Assembly (NCBI GenBank): GCA_904063045.1
Contig: CAJFCJ010000008.1
Span: 1,054,001 to 1,118,000 of the forward strand
Source: Dimorphilus gyrociliatus
Taxonomy: Eukaryota > Animalia > Annelida
Length of the DNA: 64,000 nt
Reading direction: 5' to 3'
Position 1 is the first letter of the stretch. Each line of letters starts with the position of its first letter. This document shows positions 13,193-26,788 of the stretch, one piece after another. The notes under the pieces were generated by a model. The model was not told where the DNA came from. It searched no databases and saw only the letters and a program-made list of their open reading frames with translations. The position numbers and the translations under genes were made by a program.

Positions 13193-13698
13193 TTTGTCAG
13201 TTGAGTCTAATAAGATCTTAGCACCATGTATTACTTGATAATACAAAAAAATGTTGTAAATTTAGATCATAGTTTACAATTTTCATTGAATAAACAAAAT
13301 GCCCAAACGCTCTGTCTTTTAGAGCTGTAAATCACGTGATCACCGCCATTTTTACTTTGAAAACATGTAAAAGAATATTGAAAGAGTATAAAGTTGATAA
13401 ACTATGATAAAAAAACGAAGAATATTCTGTAATTTATATTATAGACTTAAAAGAAGTTTGTAGCAAACATTTGTTAGTTCAAATAGATATTCTTAAGTAT
13501 ATAGGGAAAGCTTTTAAATATATTTTGAAATTTTCAATAACAAAGAGATACTTAAGTCTGATCTTATTCTAAAACTGTTAATTAAATTTGTCTTTCTATA
13601 AAATAAATGGTTCTAAGAATGATATTATTAATCAATTGATTTTAAGTTAAGTAATAAAAAGATAAGAAAAGTTAAGAAATCAATTGTTCATATACAGC

Positions 13699-13701
<3 letters not shown>

Positions 13702-13738
<37 letters not shown>

Positions 13739-13765
13739 GTATATATTCAATTATACATATATATA
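13702..13765. repeat. (TA)n microsatellite
   Basis: About 15 uninterrupted TA units followed by degenerate TA. Similar tracts at 12034-12070, 48383-48470 and 59618-59655. Confidence 0.95.
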
Positions 13766-13907
13766 TAAATTTATATACAAGTATTAACAATGTATAATAA
13801 AATTTTCAAAGTAACTTTATAATGAATAAATACATAACTTATAGTATTTATCTTGTTCTTAACAGTTATTATCTCCTTAATAATCATTGTTTTTTTGTTG
13901 TTTTTTC

Positions 13908-16900
13908 ATGAGTGATAATAGGCGCTTAGGAATATGTTCTTTTCAAGTTTTACTTACAACAGTTTTTCTAGTTAATTGTATCAGCTAGTAATGTCCAATT
14001 TAATATTAAGATTGTACTAGTAATACTATTACTTACAATTATTAATGCTAATAGGAGTTACTTTTAATATTATCTATAACTAAAATAGAGGCTAAGAGAG
14101 AACAGGCGCACTTGAAGTTATCGGTTATTTATTAGTTTTTTAAAGGAATTTCCCTTTAGCACATCGCCTGATTCTAAATATGAACTTCAGACTAAACATC
14201 TTATTGACACACTTAAAAATAGGGCAATTTCATATACATTTTAAATTACTTGAAATAATATATTCTGCAACTAGACAGAAACTTTTTCCCTTTCATACTT
14301 CATTCTCTTTTCTCCAACTGTACAATAATAACATTGATTAATAACAATAGCAATAGCAACAATAAAATAACTGATTAATCATTGATTAGGTGCGAATAGA
14401 CGAAAAATCTAATTAATGACTTAATCGAACTGTATTTCATAATGATTAATTATGAAAATTAATGACCTAAATGCGATCATTATAATAATTTTAAGAGCTC
14501 TTCTATGCATATGTATAAGCCCTATATCCCATGAGTTTAAGTAATTATTCTATATTTCTATGAATAATTTATAGAATCATATTAGTCTACAAAATGATGG
14601 ATGTATGCAAAAGTTACAAGCCAACATATATAGTTCCATAACTTTAAAAAAAGAACTTTAAATATTACGAAAATATACTAAAGTTTTCATTTCCGGCTCT
14701 AAGAGGTGCCAGTATTTGAAACTATTTAATAAATTCTTAGTCATCCTAGTGGCTTAGAAGAAATTAGTTTGATTCCAATATTGTACCGCCTATTTATATA
14801 CAAACGTGATGATTTTTACTATAATTATAGTAATATAAAGATAATGAATATACTCTACTGTTCATAATCAATTAAAACTTTAATTTCACATGAATGTTTC
14901 TCAAGGGTAATTAACTTTCGATTTTTTACGTTCTATCATCTGCAAAGTTACAAGATAATTCTAGAAAGAAACATTTACTGTAACTCGATTAGAAAGGATT
15001 ATGAAGAATATGATGAAATTTTTCATACTTTTCTATACGTTTTCTTCATCTTTATCGATGATTGTTGGTAAGTGAGAAAGAATTTTGTCTGAAAACTTAT
15101 TTGTATAAACGATACTATAAATGTAATTATAAAGATTTTATCAAGTTTCCAACTTCTCAACCAATACTACCAGAGACGAATATATATCAACATTGTATTG
15201 CGAATGTTAAAGACGCTACGATTATTAGATATAAATGGTTTTTAAACCAAAAACCAATTGAAGAGATTATTTCAAACGCTTCGATATTCGCTAATAACAC
15301 TCTTTACATACCAAATTTTTATGGAAATTTAAGGATAGGAAGTTATATATGTGCTATTCAAATTTCTTTTGATAATTCCGTTATCAATCGCAACAGTCCA
15401 ACAGGATTAGTTCATTATGCATGTAAGTTATTCGATAGTTACTTTTTACTATTAATTAAAAGATTCTAATAATTATTTCATGATATAAATATAGATATCA
15501 ATCAGTTTTCTCAAGATTTAAAACCTTCCAATATTTCAATAAATGTCAATAGTACTTTCACTATAAATTGCATTTCCGGTTATAGTTCGCCTCCTCCTTC
15601 TTTATATATTACAAAAAATAATGTATTATTTACGACTAATGTTGAAACGGCAACATTTGGAGATGTTCTACTAGATGGAAGCACAAGACAAATTTTACAA
15701 TTGGTATTAAAACCTGAAATAATTTATCGGGGTGTTTTTCAATGCGTATCGGAGAATTACTTAACAAAAACTATAATTAAAAGCAACTTAACTTATGTTT
15801 CATACGAAGGTAATTAACTTATTCGAGCTGAAAAAAACATAGTCATTTACGCTGTTCATTTTATTATTGCGTATGTTTGTAGTTCCTCCGTTCAAGCCAA
15901 AATTCCTTTCTATACTCAAAGTACCGAGTTATATAGAGGAGCATACGTCTCTCACTGTTGTTTGTAACGTTACTGGTTTGCCTCATCCTGATATTGTTTG
16001 GCTATACAATAATGAAATTGTTAATTATACTAAATCAAATGTTATAGTTTTGAATAATTCCCTAAAATTTACTCAAATTACAAGAGAAAATACTGGAAAT
16101 TATAGTTGTAACGCGTCTAATTCCATCGGATCTACTCAGTCTAAAATTGCATACATAAATGTTGCATTTTTTGAGGTTATCTTTCAAGTTATACCTAAAT
16201 CTCAGTACGCAGTTTTGGGCTCAAAAGTAATGCTCCATTGTCAGTCACCTCCATCTAACCCTGAAGCAAAAATAGAATGGTACAAAGATTTGAAATTCTT
16301 AGTCTCAGGAATAAATAAAATGTCTTTTCAACTAGAAAATGTAAATTTATCGTATATAATTAATTATTAGATTACTGTAACGTTTCTTTTTCAATTAGTT
16401 AACATATTATGAAGAGGGGAATTATAGGTGTACAGCAACAAATACTTTTCTTGGAATAAGTAGAAGTACACCATCAGTACAAGTAATTATAAAAGGTAAT
16501 TAATTTTATATTAAATTGAATTTTCGTATTTATATCGTTTTATTCAAAAGGAAAACCTGTGGTAACACATCATCCTCAAAACCAAATAGCTAAACAAGGA
16601 AGACTAATTATCTTTAAATGTAGACTTGATTCCAAGCCACTTTCAGATGTATTCTGGTGCAAAACTAAATCGGAGATATTGAAAAGTTGTGATAAAAAAT
16701 TAAAGGAAAGCTCATTAATTGATATCAAGTAATAATCTATTTGTATATTCATCCTTTGGACAAAAAAAGCTAATCTATTCAAATATTAATTCAGAACTAT
16801 AACTACAAATGTACAACTATCAACTGGAAGGGAATTGTCTCGAATAAATTCAACGTTAATATTCAAAAGGCTATTAAAAGATGACGAAGGATATTATTTT

Positions 16901-19900
16901 TGTCAAGCTGAAAATAGATTTGGAACAACAACTTCAAATTTAGCAAATTTGTTTGTCATAGGTTGATAATTCGTTAGTTTAATTTATAATGATGTTTTTA
17001 ACAAAAAACAATTTTTAATTATAGTTTCGCCTGTTATAACTGGAAATCTAGGTCTGATTAAACCAAGAATAGATAAAGATATTGTTCTTTATTGCTATGC
17101 TCAGGGTTCACCAGTGCCAGCTATTTATTGGTACAAAGGTAAATATTCATTGTTATGAATTTCACACAAAAGTTGATAAGAATCATAAAATCAGACAATG
17201 TTCTCTTGGAAAAGAATGATAGAATTGAAATGAAAGATAAACAATTAATAATAAAAAACTTAAAAAGTTCAGATTCTGGAAATTATTCTTGTATGGCTTC
17301 AAATTTAGGTGGTAATACAACAACTTCCGGTTATTTGGACGTATTATGTAAATCATATATTCATATAAAATTTAATCCCTTTAACTTCAATATCATTAAG
17401 AGAGTTTATTTAAAATCTATATAGATCCTCCAATTATAACTAATTCAACAGTAACTCCGCTATTTATAAACTTTTTCGAAGTGGTCAAGTTTAAATGCGA
17501 TTGGTCAAGCAATCCCCAATCAAATATTTTTTGGTATTTTAATGTAAATTCCCCTAAAATAGCCAAGGAAACTAGATGTCTAATTAGTCTATTTAAATAT
17601 ATTAGGGACAAAAGGTTGGCTATAATAAAACATTAGAGTTTATGGCTAATTCTTTGGATAAAATGGGAAAATATACATGTAAAATATTAAATATAATTGG
17701 AGAAAATGAGAAATCTTTCGATTTAATAATTAAAACTCATCCGCAAATAAATTCAATTGATGGTCTTCGAATAATAAAAATTTATTCAACTTTAAGACTT
17801 TACTGCAATACATCCGGTTCACCGAATCCTACAGTTACTTGGTATTTTAATAACGATAAGGTGTAACATTTAAGAGTTCTCACTTTTTCAATTTCTCTCA
17901 TGAAAGTATTGATAATCGTTTTTTCTTTATTCCTTAGCTATTGTCAACTCAAGATAATAAAATTCAAATTAGCGGAAGTAGGGGTGAAAGTTTATCAATT
18001 TTAGTATTAACTATAGACTATACTGGAATTTTTAAGTGTAAAGCCGAAAGTATCTCAGGTATTACTGAAGAGAGTATCAATGTGTTAGTTAGAGGTAATT
18101 AAATTATTCAATTAGATTTATTCAAAGATTAAAAAAGAGATTAATAATAACTAATCCAAGGACCTCCAAACGATCCTAAATTATTGGAAGTTGTACCAAT
18201 CTCATCGTCGTCTATACAATTAATATTCAATGGTAAAGACCAAAGAGAATCTGTTGGAAATACTCGACATATTGTATATTTTAAAGAGTAAATTAATAAA
18301 ATAATTCTATTTCTTTACGCTATTAATTAATTTATTATGACCTAATTAAAGATTATTTGAAGCTAATTTTAAAATATACTATACCGAATACGATTTAAAT
18401 ACAACTTTGGCTGAAATTGAAAATTTAAAACCAGCAAAGAAATATTTATTTAAGATGAGATCTGTAAATGATGTTGGATTTAGTGAATTTTCAGATATTC
18501 TATCGGCAACTACCTTTTCAGCAGGTTTATTATGTGTATTTTAATATATATATACAGCATATAGTAATAATATATTATCTCTTTTATTGTAACAAAAATC
18601 TTTAGGCCCATCAAAACCAACAGAACTTCAAATTGTGTGCAAAACTAGTTCCTGTTCACTAAACTGGAAACTACCGGCTGAAATGAATGGGAAGATAACT
18701 GATTTTGAAATACAATACCGTCGGCAACAATTAGACATTCTTCCAAACTTCCAATCAGGTTGATTGATTCTATTTAAAGGGAGAGTCGTTCAACAGTTTC
18801 TTTTTAAACAGTTTATGAAATCATTAGAATACCCTATGAGGGTAGTAAAATAACAGAATTAAATATTAATGATTTATTACCCTATTCCGCCTATGAATTT
18901 CGAGTTAGGGCAGCAACAACTTTTAACGATACAAAATTATGGGGAGATTTCTCCAAGATAGAAGTAGATACATCCGAAGGAGGTTTGAAAAATTTTCACC
19001 ATTTCGCATATGTCTTGTTTGTTTTCATAATAAAACAAAATATAATCTCTTTATAGTGCCAACAAGCCCTCCGGAAAATATTTACAGACAATTCGTTACT
19101 AAAAATTCTGTAGGATTAAGCTGGCAAGTAAGAATAGAGTTTTTTTTTAAAAAAAAAATATCATAGAATAGATAAGGAATCTTTAATAATAATTATTAAT
19201 TATATAGAAAATATTAAAGGAGAAAAGAAATGGTAAAATTGTTGGTTACGCAATAAGGGTGGAGTTAAAAAATCAAACTATACAAGAGAAAGAAGTAACA
19301 CAAGACATATTTTCAACAATTGTGACTCATTTAAAATCGTTTAGGTTAAATATATTTCTTTTTACGAATGTTTATAATTAATTTTAATGATGAATAATTA
19401 TCATTCGTTACAGATATTATACAATAAAAATTGGCGGAAAGACTAGCGTTGGTATTGGACCATATGCTTCACTATTAATTCAAACTTTAGAATCGATACC
19501 GACTTCTCCACCTGATAAATTTAGACAATTAAATATTACAAAAACTAATTGTACACTTGGTTGGGAGGTACAAAATTAATTGAAATCGCTACGGATATTG
19601 AATATATCTTATTAGAAATATTTTTCCCTTCTTTAATATAGACAGTACCGGAAGAGGAGAGAAATTCGGTGATAATTAGATATCAAATATCGTATATTCT
19701 TATTAAATCTTCCAATCTATTTGATTTTGAACCAACATGGACTCACGAAAGAGTTTCATCTAAAGAATTTAATATAACATTGCGAAATTTGCTTATTTCT
19801 AGTATCTATAATTTTTGTATTGAGGCAATCTCTTCTAAAGGAATAGGACCAAGGGATTGTATAACTTTACAAACTTTAGAAGACGGTATTATTACATTAT

Positions 19901-21612
19901 TTATTCTATTTAAATTTATTTAATCTATATTTATTTTAGAACCCGAGGCTGTTCATAATTTAACTATTCGTAAACTAGGCGATACAAATAATGTTGAAAT
20001 TGGTTGGAATAGTCCTAAGAATTTGAATTCGTTCAACTTTTATTATGTAGTTAATGTCAGCTCTTGTAAGTTTAAGTTAAAAAAAAAAAACTGATATTTA
20101 TAAGCCTATAAAATTAGGCTATAACTAGATATTTTTTCGGCCTTTTATAGCTATATACACCCACTATTGATCAATTCTTCACTAATATTTATTAACGGCA
20201 TAAATAGTCTAACTTATAAAAAAAATTGAATATTTTCCTAAAAAGAATAACAAGAAATACTCTTCTCTTTTCCTTTTACAGCCAATTTAAAAGATGATTG
20301 TGATTTAATACGACAAACTGGAAATACATACTTAAAATTATTAAATTTATGCTGGAATACTATTTTTAACGTATCTGTTTTATGCAAAAATCCTATTGGA
20401 AGTTCTTCGGCCGTTGTGGTCTCTTTATCCCTCTTTGAAGGTTTGTAGGCCTATAACTGGCTAATAATAACAGAAAAGTGAAAAAAAAACTGCTCAGTAC
20501 TTTCCTCTTTAGAGGCCAAGTCTTTAGCGATTTTAACGACTCCGATATTCGTTGAGAATAGGACGTTAGACGTATCGTCTCAAGAGATTACTACTGTAAA
20601 AAGGGTGTTTTCAACTGAATCGGTGAATGCCACCATCTCTGAAAATTCATTCAATCTGGCTGTTTATTTAGGTATCGGTTTTTGCGTTTTATTCGCCCTC
20701 TGTTTCATAATAACACTTATCGCTTGTCTGACGAAAAAGAAGAAGAGGAACTTAAGAAGCAAGTCATACGGTTTATATTATTTTATTGAAATTTTCTCTC
20801 TAACTCTGTTATTAAACAAAAAAAAAAATAACTTAAAAAACAGCTAGTCTTTTTTTTAACGAATTCTTTTATTTCACATTTAAATGTTGTTATTCTCTTT
20901 TTTTTTATATCCAATTACAGTACTTGATAAGAGTAATATAAAGATCACATCGAGGGTGCCAACATTGTTAGTATTTGATCCGAGATTAAGTATAGTTCTT
21001 TTCTGAGAACTTTTATTCTACTAATATATTCTTTAATGACTAATATTATATTTAAATCTCTTTATATTTTTCGTTTATAGGTCAACTACTAATATATTAG
21101 AGAATGCTGAAGGCATAGATAATTCCGAAAGACAATACCCTAACAGATCTAAATTGTGTGTTGTTAGTTCGAAAGACAAATTTGCAGTAGGCCTTGATGT
21201 AAGTTAAAAAATATCAGTCGTCGTCTTTAATTTCCCGTTGACCTTTTACCTTATTTAGAATCCGTTATATAAATCTGATTGGATGAATAGCAGTACGTTT
21301 ACATTATCTGGGTCGGCAGAAATGGAGGAGAGAGATAACGGTCTAGTCAATCCAATTTATTCAGCTGTTTCCTATCCTAGCCCAAATGAAATTGAGGAAA
21401 AGAATAGATATCCTACTCTTCCCTACAGTACAGTAAAAGATTTATATCTCAATCAGAAAGTTACAAACAGTCGAGCTAAGAAGAGAATGAAAAATGAAAG
21501 TGCGGCGGCTATTGCAGCGTCCATAAGTAAGTCGAGCATTCATTTAGGAGATCTAGAAGATGACGATCATTTGGACTCCGTGGTTGTCTTCCAGATGAGA
21601 ACTGCATTATAA
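13908..21612 (+). CDS. Ig-superfamily receptor/adhesion protein, about 8 Ig + 5 FN3 + TM + cytoplasmic tail, >25 exons
   Basis: Repeated Ig motifs (C..G.P.P.I.WY..., D.G.Y.C.A.N..G) from 15130 to 18090. FN3 motifs (SL.W, L.P...Y.FRV.A) from 18160 to 20440. TM AVYLGIGFCVLFALCFIITLIACL then KKKKR. Tail ends MRTAL at 21612. The start exon at 13908 (MSDNRRLGICSFQVLLTTVFLVN) is tentative. Confidence 0.85.
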
Positions 21613-21983
21613 AAGTACGCATTTAAACTCTTTTGTCAGTTCAATTGTGTTTAAATTATTTATCTACAAAAATAAAATGATAAAAAAATTGTAAAATTAA
21701 TTTACAACTTTTTAAGTAGAATCTCTGCTTAAAGAACAAAAAGAGATTTAAATAACAAAGACCTGACCTATTAAATAAAATATTCTATTAAAAAAAAAAA
21801 GAACACTTTGTGATATGTTCGAAATGCAAAATATTACAAAAAAAAAAAATAAGTATAAAAACAAGCCAGAAAAAAAAGAACAGAGTTTAAATAAGGAAGC
21901 AGATTTTTCATTTTACAGTTATTCGAAATAATTTTAAGCACAGTCTCCTTTGGAAAATAAATTGCCCTTTTATATTTCGTTGA

Positions 21984-23202
21984 TTACCTGGGCGACGTTA
22001 CGGATTTTCGAAGTTTAGCAGGAACTGATTGCGCAAATTTCTTAGGGCTTCTTCTCATTGTTGATGTATAGGTAAAATTGTACATGTTATTTGTATCGGA
22101 GAGGTCATCGTCATCGTCATCGTCATCGTCGTCGTCGTCATCTGATGAATTGAACACGTTTCGAATAGGGCTATAATTTTCGAATGATAATCTCTTTTTC
22201 TCTAACACTTGTGACGGTAAACAAGCTGATAGTGTTTGATTGTTTGTATCCTCATCACTAATGAAAAGAGAATCGAAAGAGTCGTGAGAATTTCTTCTGT
22301 TCCTTCTCTCTGGAGTTTCTCGAAGACTTCTACGCTGAGGAACATTCTTTGCTTCTTTAGTTTTCTTCACAGGAGATTTCTTTTTGGGCGTACTTTTCTT
22401 TTGCGTTTTAATTTTGGAAACTTTAGGGGTTTTTGAATTTCTTTTATTGACACTTTTTCTAGCTTGCTGTTTTTTTGGTTTGCAAGGTGAACGATCGTCT
22501 TCGCTGCTTGGTGGTATAGCAACTCGTCGTTTTTTAACAACGGGTGAATTTTCTTCGTCTGAATGACTTGTAATTCGAGCCTTAACTACTCTAGCAGGAA
22601 CTGATTTAGTTGACTTCTTCATGGTATCGTCTGTCTTTTTGGTTTTAGGAGTAGTTTTCTTTTCTATACTCAACTTTGACGTTTCAGGTGTCTTCTCTGA
22701 GACATTTTTTTTTCTCTTTCGGTCTACTTTACTACTTTCAACCATTTGAAGAGGTGACGATTTTCTTATTGGAGGTTCGACAGCTGTATTATGTAGTATG
22801 TTTGCGCTGGTTTTCTTAAATCTTGGCTTCGAAGGTTTCTCTTTTTTAACACTTGCTGGCTTGCGATGATGGCGATCCATTAAGCCTTGCCTCTCAAAAT
22901 CGTCGTACATTTCGCGCCAGTACTTTTGTCGATAGAGGTCGCATGTTTTGTATTTAATCTTGATATCAACAGTTGATCTAAAATATAATATGAAATTAAG
23001 ATTAAACGCCAAGTTTTACAGAAATTGATCGCGATTTAAACTATTTTGAAACTTTTCCTGTTGATAGGAGAGATAAAGCTCAGAGTTTAATAAATATTTC
23101 AGTCGGCTATCTTTGATTTTATTGTAAACGCCCTCTTAAAGATCGGCAAAAAATAATTGTGTACGAGAAAGCTCACCGTCTCTTACGTCCTCGTTTGCTC
23201 AT
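21984..23202 (-). CDS. Uncharacterised Lys/Ser/Arg-rich, probably nuclear protein with a poly-Asp run, 3 exons
   Basis: Long open last exon in the ORF track. Upstream ATG 23202 (MSKRG|QGVYNKIKDSRLKYLL...DQFL|STVDIKIK) joins through two GT-AG introns. Many SPKK/TPKK/SPVKK motifs. No family recognised. Confidence 0.7.
22104..22142. repeat. Coding trinucleotide/hexamer repeat (GTCATC/GTC)n encoding poly-Asp on the minus strand
   Basis: Tandem gtcatc x4 then gtcgtc. Translates to the DDDDDDDDDDDDD run of the Lys-rich orphan. Confidence 0.9.
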
Positions 23203-23729
23203 TGTAAGTCTGAATGATCAAAAAGAAATATAAGTTTTGTAACAGGTAAAGAAAGAACCTAAATCTTGCTACTTCCGTTTCCTGTTATTTTGCAAGAAGT
23301 AGTCAGGTTTCTTGCTCCGTTACCCTATTGCCCGCCTCAATAGGCGGTTGAATATGATACCCAACTTTCTTGAATTGAATAGGCCCCTTTACCGCGGCAA
23401 ATTTAAAATACAATAGTATTATTTATGGTTGCTAATTTGACTAATTATGGAATGCAAGGGTGATTGTTTGAGAACAATAGAATTGTGATAAGGCAGTTCG
23501 CTCCACATGTTACTATTAACAGTTAAAGTTTTATTGATTTTTAATAATTTTTCATTATAAATAGCAACATTAGCAGCTTTTCAATATTACGATGTTTCAT
23601 TTCAATAGATTCATTTAGATATTCAAGACACTATTCAATATTCTCTCCTATGGTGAAGAAGTTTTTACAACATATATAATTTTAAAACTCGGTCGATGTA
23701 GTTTATGAACACTCGCCTCATCAAAAACA

Positions 23730-26656
23730 ATGGGTATTAGCTTATTCTCAAATCCTTCGCCGTTTAGGCATCAAGTTTACGAAGATTTGAAAGGAGCAGG
23801 AAAGATAACAGGGCATCTTTTCGAAGATCCAGAATTTCCTGCTGACTCCAAATCACTTGGAATTCCAAATGAAGACAACGTAATCTGGAGGAGGCCGCCC
23901 GTAAGAGAATATTCTTTTAGACTTATAATTCTGAGTTAGTTGTGTTAGTTATTTCATTTAAACAAAAAAACCTAGGAGTTCTGCGACGATCCTCGATTTA
24001 TCATGGAAGGAGACGATTTCAACGACGCAGTTCAAGGAAAATTCGGAAATTCATGGTTTGTAGGTGCTATAACATGCTTAACTGGAGAGAGAAGGATTTG
24101 GAGTTCTGTCGTTCCCGATCCTAAAGATCAAGAATGGGATAAAGATAAACCGATGAACTATGTTGGAATATTTCATTTTAGATTTTGGAGGTAAAGCATG
24201 AAATAATAAATAAGTATATCGAGTATTTTATAAATATATCATAAAAGATTTGGAGAATGGAAAGATGTTGTTGTAGACGATCGTTTACCAACAATCGATG
24301 GCCAATTGATATTTACATATTCGTGCAAAGAAAACGAGTTTTGGATACCCCTTATTGAAAAGGCGTATGCGAAGTAATACATTTAATATCTAAGAAATAC
24401 TGTTTATCATACCATAAAATCGAACAATTGTTAGCTAGTTGTATTTTTATTATAGACTGTGCGGAAGTTATGGTTCCCTTGATAAGGGTGAACTAGGCGA
24501 AGCTTTGGTTGATTTTACAGGTATAATGAAAATTGAATTTTACTAGCAATTAAGTATCTTATTTAAATTATCTATATCTTTATCAAAAGGCGGAATTACT
24601 GAAACTATTAATATGAAAGATGACGGCTATAAGAATAGTGTTATTAAACAGTCTGTATTATTTGAAGATATGAGAATTGCTTTTAATAACAAATCTTTAA
24701 TGGCAGCCGCAATTCCTGTAAGTTAATTGTGTATAATCTATAGATTAATTTAATGAGATAAGCATTTTAATAAAAAAAATTAGGTGAAAGCATTGGAAGA
24801 AGACAATGAGGATGCAAAAGCTATTGGTCTTGTTATTGGACAAGCATATTCCATAACTGATGTCAGAAAAATATCATTCGAGGGTCGGGGATACTTTCAG
24901 TTCTTGAATAGCGATGATAAATTACAGATGGTTAGACTACGTAATCCATGGGGTGCCAATAAATGGAAAGGAACATTTAGCGACGAGTAAGTAATTTATT
25001 CTATTTAAAATCTAAGTATAAAAATAGAATAAAACTAATAATATAAACAAATTAACCAGTTATTTCAATAATTAAATATCTATATATAACTTTCATCACA
25101 TTCGCCAGTTACATATCTTATAAATGGCCGCATAGAGTAGTGTTCACGTAAGTACTATTCGAAATTGATTTAGAGGATCTGGGTTTAACTTCTTCAAAAA
25201 CTTTGTACGAAAATAATCTTTGTCTAAAAATAATTACTAAATAAAAAAAAAGAAGAGATTAATTGACTTGTTTCCAAGTTATAGTTCTGTTTTTTGTTTG
25301 TCTAACAGCTCTGAAGAATGGAAGCGTATGGATCAGTCATGGGTAAGAAAAAACATTCGACGAGAAGAATCGAAAAAGGATTTTTGGTTGGAGGATTTCT
25401 TAATAATTAAATTAATTGATTAAACAGTTTTTTATGCATCTTAACGTCTTTCTTTCAGGATGACTTTCGAGGATTTTTGCAAACATTTTGTTAATTTGGC
25501 TGTTTGCCGAATTATCAATACAAACATTTTATCTTTACAAAAACGATGGCTTCAATATAACTTACACTCGGAATGGAGTAGAAAAAATAATCGAGCAGGA
25601 GGTTGCGCCAACAATCCTCAAACATTCCTGAAAAATCCTCAATTTCTTATAAGCGTTAATAGAGCAGAAGAAGAGGTTATGGTCTATCTAACACAAAAGT
25701 CAAGAATAGGATACGAAGAAATGAAAAATGAAACTATTGGCTTTACTATAATTAAAGTAGAAGATAACAGACCTTTCAGAATTCATGATCTTAGCCAACA
25801 GGTAATAGAAGTAGCATTATCATCATGTAAATTTTAATAAATGAATATTTTCTATAGGAAGTTATAAAATCTTCAGTTTTCCGAAATTCTCGAAGCATAT
25901 TCATGAGACATATCCTAGTCAAGGGACGCTATATTATTGTCCCGTGTACATTTGAACCGCATGTTGACGGAAACTTTTTACTACGAATATATTCGGGTTC
26001 AGAATTGAGAGCAATGTAAGTATTTTCCTAAATCGATCTGTTGAGGAATGTTTTAAATGAATTATATAAACTAGCGAACTAACTGAAGATAAACCTTCGA
26101 AGAATGTTTGCAATTGTTTATGTGGATGTTTTCACTTTTGTAAATATCCTATAATGGCTACTCAAGTGGCTGTCTTAAAAGCTGTTGAATTAGATATTCC
26201 TGAGAAAATGGGAGGTTCGATTTTAAAATATTTAATTTTATTTTTCTATCATAAAGTATAATTTAGAGAAAAAAACAACAGAACCGTATGTTGTCATAAA
26301 GTGCGAAGGTCGAAAAGTGGTAACATTACCATGTAGAAATAGTTTGTACCCTGAATGGGGTACAAAGGCAATCTTTTATAGAAGATCTCCCATAAATCAG
26401 CCTATTACCTTTGAGGTATGGAATAGTAATTTGATTATAGACCGTTTCCTTGGTCAGGCTGTGTTTGCTCTTACTGAAGATATGGACCGAAAGGTAATGA
26501 ATACATACAATTAAAGTATTTTACACAATATTTTTATTTATTACAAATATACAGGAATTTGAATTGTTCTTAAGCAACCATAAGAAGGAGAATGATTCTC
26601 TTCAAGGGAAAATTTACATAAAGGCAACTAATGTGCGCCATCTAGCTCATATCTAA
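23730..26656 (+). CDS. CAPN5: Calpain-5/TRA-3 subfamily protein (protease core, C2-like domain III, C-terminal C2/T domain, no penta-EF), predicted catalytically dead
   Basis: [86 protein letters not shown] and a C-terminal C2 domain with [17 protein letters not shown]. Catalytic positions read QGKFGNSW and [10 protein letters not shown]. Confidence 0.9.
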
Positions 26657-26788
26657 CAAATTGTATTCAATGACTAAATAAGTATCAGAGAATATATTTT
26701 GCGCAGATAAAGATATAAAAAAAGGAGCAAAAAAGACTCGATTTTCTTTATTTTCTTTTAAGTAAATGTAAAAATATATTACAAACTA

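Noticed and set aside
22880-22960. YWREMY resembling the Elongin A WREMY motif
   Set aside because: The surrounding BC-box/F-box-like sequence and the TFIIS-N domain are absent.
23332-23347. Hairpin CCGCCT-caat-AGGCGG in the divergent promoter before calpain
   Set aside because: A 6-bp stem is within chance expectation; it is more simply read as promoter GC motifs.
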